Positions 50,823-62,090 of a DNA stretch of 64,000 bases are shown here, piece by piece. A program made the position numbers and the translations under genes. Position 1 is the first letter of the stretch. Each line of letters starts with the position of its first letter. The notes under the pieces are model-generated. The model was given only the letters and a program-made list of their open reading frames with translations. It ran no database searches and was not told the DNA's origin. The DNA comes from Macrostomum lignano (Eukaryota), in NCBI GenBank assembly GCA_002269645.1, contig NIVC01000197.1, forward strand, positions 62,001-126,000, in the 5' to 3' direction.

Positions 50823-52719
50823 GTATAGTTTTGGAGTTTCGAGTTCAGTCTCCTGAACTCAGCTTCTACGGGTACGAATGGCCCTTGCAAAGGTTTTTGG
50901 CGTAATTATAATATTTTGGTATTGCAATCTGATATCCGTATTAGATCAGAGCTCAGTTCTGGTAAGACGACTGCCTCAAATCTTACAAATTTTTGTTCAT
51001 GTAACCCCTTGTAAAGTCCTTGTTTGAAGAATCTTGGCCCGGCGTGACTAAATATAGCCAGTTCGAACTTCAAAGGATGCTCTGCCGTTCTGTCGTTGAT
51101 TTCTTATTTGCTCAAGTGTGCGCGCGAAATAGCGATAAGCGCGATCCTGTCTGCTTGCGATAAGATTCCGTGTTCAGTTGGTTGCTGGATCCTTCCGTTC
51201 TAAAACTGTATACGCACGAGCTACGAGTAGAAGTCATCGTCACGCAGGTATACATTCGGTAAAGAAACTGTCTTATACTCGTACATTGAACACGCTGCCG
51301 CACGTTTAGCAACAGGGAAGCAGTGTGGAGCATTGGTAGTACAGTGGATGAAACCGTGAGTGTACGCTGTGAGTCAGCTTCAATTCGTACAATTCATGCT
51401 CAGACGAGTCAGCCAAGAACTGGGACTGAGGGGGCCATGCAGTGCAGCGAGATGATGTGTATGAAGACAAGGAATTCTGCCTTAGATTTCGACTAAGAAA
51501 CTATTTACTATAGTGAATTAGCTTCGCCAAATTCGAGTTTTTGTAAACATTTCGTTGACAAAAGACAGCGTAGACAACAATAGATGAATGCTGACGCAGT
51601 GGACGCCCACTCTGCAGGACAGAACTACAAACCAGACCGAATCCAGACTCCCGCGACTGATAATTAGCTACATCAATCTCTGCACCTGTCTGCATGCACT
51701 CAGCATTGAGCTTTGAAACTGCATTCATTCATTCATTCAAAATTCGTCAGCTCAATAACCCAACCAAACGATGACGAAACTTGAGCTCTTCAGTACCCTC
51801 TTGTTGTTTTTGTGAACTCATTGTGTTTACGAATAGTAGGCGAGTGAATGAGCATTGGCGTGAACTATCATGGCTTGAATTGGGCATGGAAGTGCAGTTT
51901 AGTACTGTCTCTTTTGGTAAACAGGTGTGTTAATATAGTTTATAAGCGCATAGTTTAGTGTCAATAACTCTCAGCATTATGCGCCTAGCAGCTTGGTCAC
52001 CATGGCAACTGATAAAACAGTCAGTAGCCCTTTTCGTTAATTATTTTGTCATAACGGGATGCATTTGACAGCCTTAGTCGCAACAGGCTATCGCTTAAAA
52101 ATAACTACACAACCAGAAATGTTAAGCATATTTATAACATTTTATAGTAAATTTAACTTCTTGATTCGTTATATTTATTGATAGCAAATCACCAAGCGTA
52201 GCAGCAAATCATAGATATGATAAATAATATATATATAAATATTATGCGGAAACTGGTATTAATTAGAGTGAATAAGTCTAAATGTATGCATATTAATATT
52301 GCCACAAAATAATTTCACATACTAATTACTAATGCCTTCTATAGCTTATGATTAGAGTTATATATATATAAGCAAACTGATTAAACAGCAATAAGTTTTT
52401 GCGGTGTGGAAAAAATGGAAACTGAAAGTACGCAAACTGGAACACAGATTGAAGCAAAATAAGTTATAAATAAAGAATACAGCGTTTTGGAATAAATCAT
52501 GTTTTCGATACTTTGTTAAAAGATAACTTTGTAAAGCAGATTGTAGTGCAACCTGTTGTCCCTGTGTAATAACATGTAAAAATACTGGAAGCTTTTATCT
52601 ATGCGAATCATAAAACTATTGCACTGCAGAAGTTCACCTGAATATTTATCTGACTAACATCGTTAATAACAAATAAAATAATAGCAGCAATACTAATGAA
52701 TAACTATCTCTGACCATGA

Positions 52720-54085
52720 TAGTAGAGGCTGGAGGGAGCCGATTAGAGGCAGATTGGAGGGCTGGAGGGAGCGGAGTAGAGGCAGATTGGAAGGCTGAAG
52801 GGAGCGGAGTAGAGGCAGATTGGAGGGCTGAAGGGAGCGGAGTAGAGGCAGATTGGAAGGCTGAAGGGAGCGGAGCAGAGGCAGATTGGAAGGCTGAAGG
52901 GAGCGGAGTAGAGGCAGATTGGAAGGCTGAAGGGAGCGGAGTAGAGGCAGATTGGAAGGCTGAAGGGAGCGGAGTAGAGGCAGATTGGAAAGCTGAAGGG
53001 AGCGGAGTAGAGGCAGATTGGAAGGCTGAAGGGAGCGGAGTAGAGGCAGATTGGAAGGCTGAAGGGAGCGGAGTAGAGGCAGATTGGAAAGCTGAAGGGA
53101 GCGGAGTAGAGGCAGATTGGAAGGCTGAAGGGAGCGGAGTAGAGGCAGATTGGAAGGCTGAAGGGAGCGGAGTAGAGGCAGATTGGAAGGCTGAAGGGAG
53201 CGGAGTAGAGGCAGATTGGAAGGCTGAAGGGAGCGGAGTAGAGGCAGATTGGAAGGCTGAAGGGAGCGGAGTAGAGGCAGATTGGAAGGCTGAAGGGAGC
53301 GGAGCAGAGGCAGATTGGAAGGCTGAAGGGAGCGGAGTAGAGGCAGATTGGAAGGCTGAAGGGAGCGGAGTAGAGGCAGATTGGAAGGCTGAAGGGAGCG
53401 GAGCAGAGGCAGATTGGAGGGCTGGAGGGAGCGGAGTAGAGGCAGATTGGAAGGCTGAAGGGAGCGGAGCAGAGGCAGATTGGAAGGCTGAAGGGAGCGG
53501 AGTAGAGGCAGATTGGAAGGCTGAAGGGAGCGGAGTAGAGGCAGATTGGAAGGCTGAAGGGAGCGGAGTAGAGGCAGATTGGAAGGCTGAAGGGAGCGGA
53601 GTAGAGGCAGATTGGAAGGCTGAAGGGAGCGGAGTAGAGGCAGATTGGAAGGCTGAAGGGAGCGGAGTAGAGGCAGATTGGAAGGCTGGAGGGAGCGGAT
53701 TAGAGGCAGATTGGAAGGCTGAAGGGAGCGGAGTAGAGGCAGATTGGAAGGCTGAAGGGAGCGGAGTAGAGGCAGATTGGAAGGCTGAAGGGAGCGGAGT
53801 AGAGGCAGATTGGAAGGCTGGAGGGAGCGGAGGGGGGGCAGATTGGAAGGCTGGAGGGAGCGGAGTAGAGGCAGATTGGAGGGCTGGAGGGAGCGGAGTA
53901 GAGGCAGATTGGAAGGCTGGAGGGAGCGGATTAGAGGCAGATTGGAGGGCTGGAGGGAGCGGAGTAGAGGCAGATTGGAGGGCTGGAGGGAGCGGAGTAG
54001 AGGCAGATTGGAAGGCTGGAGGGAGCGGATTAGAGGCAGATTGGAGGGCTGGAGGGAGCGGATTAGAGGCAGATTGGAGGGCTAG
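52720..54085. repeat. 33-bp minisatellite (GAGGCAGATTGGAAGGCTGAAGGGAGCGGAGTA), about 41 copies
   Basis: Direct tandem repeat; gives stop-free frames on both strands. Confidence 0.96.
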
Positions 54086-54553
54086 ATTGGGCGGAGTCAG
54101 ACTATTATCAAAGCGCGAGCGCACCATGCGCAATTGAATTCTAAGTGAGCCACGCCCCGTCTGAATGAACCTAGAAAGAAACGCCCCAATATAAAAATGA
54201 AGATTAAAGGTGGCTGCGCAATTGAAATTTTTTGGAATTTCATTGTTTTAACTAGAGAAGAAACGATTGATCAAAGATTTACGAATCTGCGCACGAATAG
54301 AGAATATTAATCAATCGAGAGAGGCAGGGCACTGGACAGAGCAAACGAGCTGAGTCCCTACCCAGCTTGAAATTTGAAGCAAAGTAACTCCAGTTGTTTT
54401 ATAATACAGAGTCAAGTTATTAAGATATGCGGTGACTCAGCGATATAAAAGATAAGATACAAAACATTGCACTGAAAAGTTCCCGATCCACTTCTCTCGT
54501 TGCAGAGTGTACCGTTTAGTTGAAATTACAGTGCCTCAATTCTCATTGAACTC

Positions 54554-54982
54554 TCACTCCAAGGTAGACAGCATCATCAGCTGGCGCAGCACCTTAGTCT
54601 GGCTGGTCTCCCGGATCTCGCCAGCCAGGAACATCTCGTCAACCACAGTGTACACCTTGTAGAAATTGAACACCAAGTCCAGTTCGCACACGTTTTGAAA
54701 GTATTCGTTCAGTACCTCGACAAAATTGTGAATAGCCTCCAAGTACATCAGATTATTGTCGCCAATATCGACGCAGATGCAAAAGTACAAACCTGCATAG
54801 CGTCTATAAACGATTTTATAATTGCGAAACTCCACAAAGTTTGTGTGCTTAGCGTCGCGTACGGTCACGGTGGCGTGTACCTCTTCAATTAACTTCTGCT
54901 TCTCCTCGTCCGCAAACTCCATGTACCATTTGGCTAGGCGAGTCTTGCCCGCCCGGTTCTGGATCAGGATAAATCGGATCAT
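54554..54982 (-). CDS. AP2S1: AP-2 complex subunit sigma, intronless CDS, 142 aa
   Basis: [20 protein letters not shown]...[10 protein letters not shown]...[34 protein letters not shown] is the canonical sigma-2 sequence and length. Confidence 0.98.
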   Translation of the reverse strand: MIRFILIQNRAGKTRLAKWYMEFADEEKQKLIEEVHATVTVRDAKHTNFVEFRNYKIVYRRYAGLYFCICVDIGDNNLMYLEAIHNFVEVLNEYFQNVCELDLVFNFYKVYTVVDEMFLAGEIRETSQTKVLRQLMMLSTLE

Positions 54983-55650
54983 GCCTGCTGTTCAGGGTCT
55001 GAAAAATATCAAATTAGGGAATTAAAATTGCATTAATTCCAATAGCCCGAAGCAGAACATAGACAAGAGTCTGCAAATAGAATTAGACTATAAAAGTATC
55101 TGCAGCCAACTCTGCATTTCCATTAGTTACAGAATTTTGTCTATGGTAGAAAAGTGGCTATTCTGTTGGCTCGCGCTATTCTGGTACGAACCAGGGTGCT
55201 CTAGCTACATTTTTCAAAATGTCTATGTTAATTTACGTTAAGGCAATTACCCGTCAATGCTTACTGGGATATTATTTTAGAAAACGAACGAGTCCATGAG
55301 CGTAAAATAAAAGTCTATGGTTGTAAGTGGGGGCTTCGCCCCCACACCCCCATTCCTCCTTAAATCCTGATGGACAAATTGACCAATGAAGCTAGCTGGA
55401 AGTGAGAAAACATAGAAGTGAGAATTCCCACTTCCAGACAACCCCCCATTGTTTGTCTTTCTGCTTCAGGTTGCTTCTTTTGTTTTTGTCTCCTCGTCTC
55501 GTTACGAGAAAAAACTTGTGACTGTTATTTCATTTTCAATTAAGCCATACATCACAGCAGTCGCTAAAAAGCCCGCAGTCCCAACTAATGCAATTTAGTT
55601 ATTCTACTAGTTTGGGATTTAGATTGGGAAGATTTCCAATTTACAGGTAT

Positions 55651-55935
55651 AGATGGGGTTGGAGCCTAGTGGTCAGAGCGTCGGACTCACGACTTAAAGG
55701 GTCAGGGGTTCGATTCTTGATCCGACTTGGAACAGTTGGTGTCCTTAAGCAAGACACTTAACTCTGCATTGCTTCAGTTCACCCAGCCATAAAATGGGTG
55801 CCAGCATTAGCTGGGGCAATTGAGGGTGTGTGGCGACCCCCTAGGAGTCCTTGGACTGAACAGCCGTACGCAGCCTTCAGATGCGCCGCGCCTTCAGATG
55901 GCTGCGGCTGAGCTGTCGGTTGCACATCTGGCCCA
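55651..55935 (+). mobile_element. tRNA-derived CORE-SINE-like element
   Basis: A-box-like TGGAGCCTAGTGGTCAGAGC, B-box GGTTCGATTC, and GTGTCCTTAAGCAAGACACTTAAC...CTTCAGTT...TAAAATGGG resembling the MIR CORE. A 28-bp flanking direct repeat (55623-55650 / 55936-55963) has 2 mismatches. Confidence 0.8.
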
Positions 55936-56484
55936 ATTGGGAAGATTTCCAATCCACAGGTATGCAAAGGTCCTTGACCTATATACCTACATTTCGCTAT
56001 CTCTACCCCAATCACCCACACAGCCCACTCAATTACTCGGATTACCTACAGTAGAGCTATTTTTGGCTGACTCACTGAAAATTTCGTCAGCAAATGTGAA
56101 CGAAAACGTAAAAACCGGCTTTTTTAAATAGCACGCTGTTTATACACTGAAGCTCCTATAATTAACAGGTGACAGAATGCTTGCTGATGGCATTGCTAAA
56201 AATACTTTATTATTAACAGTAAGCAGTACTGGGACTATTGTTTGTTAACCTAAATGTTGCTGCTGTTGACAAGGTTTAGGGTTACGCAAAGTTGTTGACT
56301 AATAAAACAAAACGTTTTACTCATCAACTTGCTAGCAATGTCCGTGGGAATAGACGATTAAACTAATCTATTCTACGAGTACTATCAATATTTTCAATAC
56401 TTTCAACTAACACCAAATTCAATAGTTTGGCCTACTAATAGTAACAATATACAGACAGCTCAGCCCCACAACCCAACTCCAGAT

Positions 56485-56615
56485 TGCTAATGCTGGCACA
56501 CATTTTACAGCTGGCTAAATGGAAGCAATGCAGATTTAAGTGTCTTGCTCAAAGGACAAAAATTGTTCCGTGTGAGTTAAGAATCGAACCTCCGACCTTC
56601 CAGTAAGCCTAGCTG
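56485..56615 (-). mobile_element. Second, partial, inverted copy of the CORE-SINE-like family
   Basis: Reverse complement reads GGTTCGATTC...GAGCAAGACACTTAAATCTGCATTGCTT...TAAAATGTGTGCCAGCATTAGC. Confidence 0.75.
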
Positions 56616-56948
56616 ATAATAAAAAGCCCCAAATGAAAACAGCACAAATCGATTTAACGGACACAAAAAACGCCCTAGAAATTTATTGAGTTTTATTATT
56701 CGCTGGAAACAAATTTGAAACCCGATTGACATGCAGTCCGATGGATAAACAAATAGTTAACTAATGAGACTAATACAGTACTATGGTAGCCAAATAGGGA
56801 TGAATTTGGGTTTGGAACACATGACGAAATTTTTAATGTTAAGAATATTTGACAAAACTGACGCAATACTTCAATATTAACAAGCGATTCGAATACAGAT
56901 TAAGGAAGTGAAGCAAGCTTCGTTTACCCTTCGGGACAGGCAGTTGAA

Positions 56949-58267
56949 TCAGGCATATTTCTTATAGAATTTGCGCACAATAGTACTTGGCCGCAGTTGG
57001 CCGCTAATGCCGTGCGATTCGGCCCAGCGTTTCAATTCGGCCGACCGCTCCGCGTTCACCTGGGCGGCTCGCTGGCGCAGGCGCTCGCGCTCCTCCTCTG
57101 GCACAGTCGGCTGCGCCTGCCCGGCAACTAACGGCTTCTTGCCCTTCTGGCCGGACGTCCGTTCGGCAAACAGCAGGCTGTACCAGCTGACATTGGCCAG
57201 GGCCGGCATGCCGTGCCGGCGGGCGAACAGCTGCATCTTGCGGCGAGCCTTCTTGGCGGCTTCTTTTGCCGAGGCGTCGGCGCTGGACTCGACTGCTGCC
57301 GACTGGGACTTGAGGGCGGCGGCCTGACGGTGAAGGGGGGCGAGGTGACGGTGATATTTGACTAATTGATAGGGTGAGATTTGACTAATTGGTTAGCGAT
57401 GGTAGGGTGAGATTTGACTAATTGGTTAGCGATGGTAGGGTGAGATTTGACTAATTGGTTAGCGATGGCAGGGTGAGATTTGAGTAATTGGTAAGGGAGA
57501 TGGCAGGGTGAGATTTGAGTAATTTGTAGGGAAATGGCAGGGTGAGATTTGACTAATTGGTAGGGAGATGACAGGGTGAGATTTGACTAATTGGTAGGGA
57601 GATGGCAGGGTGAGATTAGAGTAATTTGTAGGGAGATGGCAGGGTGAGATTTGAGTAATTTGTAGGGAGATGGCAGGGTGAGATTTGACTAATTGGTAGG
57701 GAGATGACAGGGTGAGATTTGACTAATTGGTAGGGAGATGGCAGGGTGAGATTAGAGTAATTTGTAGGGAGATGGCAGGGTGAGATTTGACTAATTGGTA
57801 GGGAGATGGCAGGGTGAGATTTGAGTAATTTGTAGGGAGATGGCAGGGTGAGATTTGACTAATTGGTATGGATATGGCAGGGTCAGATTTGACTAATTGG
57901 TAGGGAGATGGCAGGGTGAGATTTGAAGACCAGAATTATATTTGAAACCCACAAAGACAGCCAAACTCACTTCCTCCTTGAGCTTGGCCAGCTCAGCCTC
58001 ATCCAGCTGTTTGTAAATTCGCGCCACCTCTGCCATGGCGGCCGCTGGTGTTAAGCCGGGGTTCTCTGATCGAACTTTGGCAAAGTTTGATTTGACAAAC
58101 ACTGCATAATGATTTACCGGCTTAATAACCGGCTGCTCCAGAGACGACAGTGTCTTGGACAGCAGGTGAGCTTGGCCGGGTTTCTCGTACAGCTGCCAGC
58201 TGATGCCAGCAACCTGCCTGGCGCAGACTCGAATGCCGTTGGCAGCGGCAAGGGCGGAGCTGAGCAT
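56949..58267 (-). CDS. TFAM: TFAM-like mitochondrial HMG-box protein, complement(join(56949..57323,57971..58267)), 223 aa
   Basis: Basic, acid-poor presequence-like N-terminus; HMG box 1 (KPVNHYAVFVKSNFAKVRSENPGL...VARIYKQL); basic linker; degenerate box 2 ending ELKRWAE; basic tail. Phase-0 GT-AG intron. Confidence 0.72.
57365..57925. repeat. 34-bp minisatellite (GGTGAGATTTGACTAATTGGTAGGGAGATGGCAG) filling the TFAM intron
   Basis: Direct tandem repeat occupying most of the 647-bp intron. Confidence 0.93.
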
Positions 58268-58384
58268 TGGGCTGGAGTACGGGATAGCTTAATTTATTGC
58301 CTGTGCTAATTTAGCTATGACATATAAGTACATTTTCCATAACCACTGAAACTTCATTCCAGGCATTTGAGGCTAAATCATCGA

Positions 58385-58800
58385 GATCTAGAGACTTTAG
58401 GGATCTGGGTTGGGATCTAAAGACTTTAGGCATCAGGTCGGGATCTAAAGACTTTAAGGATCTGGATCGGGATCTAGAGACTTTAGGGGTCTGGGTCAGG
58501 GTCTAGAGACTTTAGGGATCTGGGTCGGGATTTAGAGACTTTAGGGATCTGGGTCAGGGTCTAGAGACTTTAGGGATCTGGGTCGGGATTTAGAGACTTT
58601 AGGGATCTGGGTCGGGATTTAGAGACTTTAGGGATCTGGGTCAGGATCTAAAGATTGTGGGGATCTGGGTCGGGATCTAAAGACTTAAGAGATCTGGGCC
58701 AGGATCTAGAGACTTAGGGATCTGGGCCAGGATCTAACAACTTTAGGGATCTAGGCCAGGATCTAGAGACTTTAGAGACAGGCTGGGATCTAGAGACTGT
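58385..58800. repeat. 29-bp minisatellite (TCTAGAGACTTTAGGGATCTGGGTCGGGA)
   Basis: Direct tandem repeat. Confidence 0.9.
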
Positions 58801-60518
58801 GAAAAATAGGCATAAGCAATAAAATGTTAAAATAAAAGCAAAATTCATAAACAACTATGAACAGCAAAAGTTTTTGAGCACATATACATATAGTGAAATA
58901 GATGTACTAATGCCTTTTTGTACTAATGCATATAGTGAAATGAGTCATTGACTACATGCATATATTATAACAAAAAATAGAGACTTTTCTTAGTTAGTCA
59001 ATATAAGTCAAAAATATATGTTTTTAAACACTAACATTCAATTATTTAAGTGCAAAAATAGGCACATAGAGCATACTTTCTATCTGCTATCATGCAAATC
59101 ATTGTAGAATACCTACCCTCACAAATTATGACAATGAATTATGATAAATATTGCTTACAAAATATAAAATTCTTTATCAGTTACAAGATTTTTAGATCTA
59201 GTAGACTTTTAGACTAGACTCTAGTTTGAAGTCTCAAATATTTTTTAAAACAAAATCTCAATATATCAGCTTTTTATGTTCATACTTGAACATAAAACTT
59301 CAAATTTCAATCTAGTAGACTTGAAATTTTCAAATAAGCCTACTACTAATACTAGCTTCAAATCTTTTATATCAACCTTAAATAATAATATTATAGATTC
59401 AAATCTTAACAAATCTGATCTAAAAGCTTTTTGTTTTAGTTGAAGCAAGGGGCTATTTGCACCTTGGTGCACCCTTAGAAAACTGTCATAGTTGGCAAGA
59501 AGCACTATTGCCCATTCTATTAACTTTTCTAAGCAAGTATATAAGATTTATATAGTCAAAATGCATAAGCACATACTTACATAGGAGTATACATGTACAA
59601 TAGCCCTAGGGCCTAATATTTATCATTGGGCATATATACTTTAATGTGCCTTAAGGGTTGGTCTTCAATAGTATCAAATATGACCTAAGCTACTATGAGT
59701 ACTACTATGAGTACTACTAGCTATTACTACCAAACTGATTTGCTTTAGATGCCATTGGCATTTTAGATGTTAGCCAACTAGGACTACTAGTATACTAGGT
59801 CTATATGCATAATGCAATACAATCTAGAGCTCTATAAAGGAAAATTCCCTAGATTGGCTAGGAATAGGCCTAGAAAATAGTATTATCCTATTAATGATAG
59901 CCCTTTTGGCCAATATGTTTATATTAAATAGAAAATTTAAATATGCATATATAAGAATAGACTTACTAGGCCTACTAACTCATTAATAGGCATATTATCT
60001 GATGGCTAAAGACAAAAGTATATAATATCCTATATATAAAGCTAAGTGGACTAGCCCCTTTAATGCGTATCTCCTCCTAGATAGCTGCTAACTCAAATGC
60101 AGGACATATAATATAATATATAATTTCTGAAATCGATAACATAGATACCTAAGATACCAAAAATCATTTTTAGTATATGGTCTATAGATTTAGTATATAG
60201 GTAGATTGTGGATCTATAGCAAAAATAAGATATATATATAACTAGGCCCTAAGATATAGGTCTTCCATATATTATAAGAACTATATAAAAAATAGATCTT
60301 AAAAATTCAAATACTAGCAAAAACTATATTCTGCTATACAGATAGAATTTAGATTGGGGCTAGTCAGAGTGGCAGATCTGATCATGACATGGGCAAGGAG
60401 ACCATGGTCTTTCTACCTTAACTAGGGCCAAAAAATAGGCCTACCATAAATTTTTGTCAGGGCAGCCAGGCTTTCACCGTTTTTGTCTGGATGATAAACT
60501 ATTGTAGTCAACTGACAG

Positions 60519-60547
60519 ATGGCCGTGGCCGCCGCCGACGACATAGG
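60519..60547 (+). CDS. Candidate first coding exon of adenosine kinase (MAVAAADDIG)
   Basis: CAG|ATG start and GTTAGT donor at 60548; phase 2 matches the acceptor at 62090. CpG-rich island in a CpG-void region. No homology support. Confidence 0.35.
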
Positions 60548-62090
60548 GTTAGTCGGCTGTTCGGCTACTAACTCCTTCATTAAAGTTTTGCTAAAATTCA
60601 GAAAACGAAATTTTAGGAATAAAATTATAGCACTGAAATTTAGTATTTAGTTTACTTTTTAATTTTAGTTCTAGTTTTTGTTTAAATGTATCAGTGTAAG
60701 ATGTGTCCTGAGCATAATTTACTGCGCAAACTCAAATAAACTTCATTTTGACAGTCGAAGCGCGCGCATTGATTAACTGTGTCTGTATTCCTATCTCGGC
60801 CAGCATTCCCCCAGCAACTAATTGTACAGGCATGATGTTCAAATGTAACTAGAAATCAGCGCCCTCCCCATTGGGAAGCAACAAAAATAGAATAAAAATA
60901 TTTAATACCTTACATGTAGCTTCTGACCTCTCAAGTCTCAGGGTCTCATCATTAATGTCATGTCTTGAATCAAAAAAATTATTATTGATAGTGATAGGTC
61001 TTTTCAGGCTTAATAATGGCTATTCATTTTCAGTATTTTGTTCGGATGAAAATCTATATACTAATTTTGCACCGTTTGTTTGTCTATCATTGATTTTCTC
61101 ATAAATTACTATTTTTAATATAAATACAACCTAATATGTAATTTTCTAACCATTTTCTATACTTTTTCAATGCGACTTATAAATTGAAATTATTGTAATA
61201 TTTTACCTGTTTATTAATGCATTCTACCTGCTTTTTTGTACTAATCAGTTTGACTTAACTAGCTAACTGATGTACTAGCATCTAGCACCAACAATCACAA
61301 TATATTATTTCAGCTTACTAAACTAAAGGTACAATATAGCCATGGGTATAAAATACCCTGTCTTAATTTTTACTATATTTTTATTTGATATTATTTTTAT
61401 AAAAGAAAAAAATTACACCATTTCTCTTTGTATCACTTTGCTTTATCTAATGATATTGTAGTGAATAGGCATTTTGTTTTTAGAAAACATCTAAGTATAG
61501 ATCAGCCTAGCCTAGTATAGTAGTGATGTAATATAATAGAACCTGATATACTATAGGATAGGCACGTCTTTATAAAGGTTAAATGCTAAAACAGACTAAA
61601 AAGGCCTGTCTACATAACTATTTTGACAATTGCATTAGTCAAGTCCTTATCTTAATTTTAATCAATAATATAGGCCTAAAGTATGATAAGTAAATATAAG
61701 TTATTATACAAGTGTTATTTAAGAAGATTAAGGGGCCTATTGGTTTTTGAACAGAATAGTATAATAAAGTATGACAACTTTGATTAGATAAAAACTATTT
61801 TTATATAATATAAAATTAATGAAAGCAAAAAATGTTTTTGTTAAATTTAGTAGCAATCCATTTTTTTTCTTTTGTTTTTTTTTCAATTGATTTGTGTATA
61901 ATAAATACTTAAATACTTAGATCTAAATAAATATAAAATTTATATAAATTTCAGCTTTGAATCTTCTTACTACGCTTAAATCAAATCAGCTGCTAAAAGC
62001 TTCAAATTTAAACAGAAAACGAAAAATAGTTATTATATTATCTTATAGTTCCAATTAAGAATAAGTAAAAATTCTTTGGTTAATTAAAAG

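Noticed and set aside
47960-50905. Many predicted ORFs in satellite DNA (also 550-831, 14354-15250, 16562-18666, 26199-27138, 33819-34499, 36657-37314, 42151-43588, 44658-45140)
   Set aside because: They are translations of tandem repeats with no protein-like complexity or splice support.
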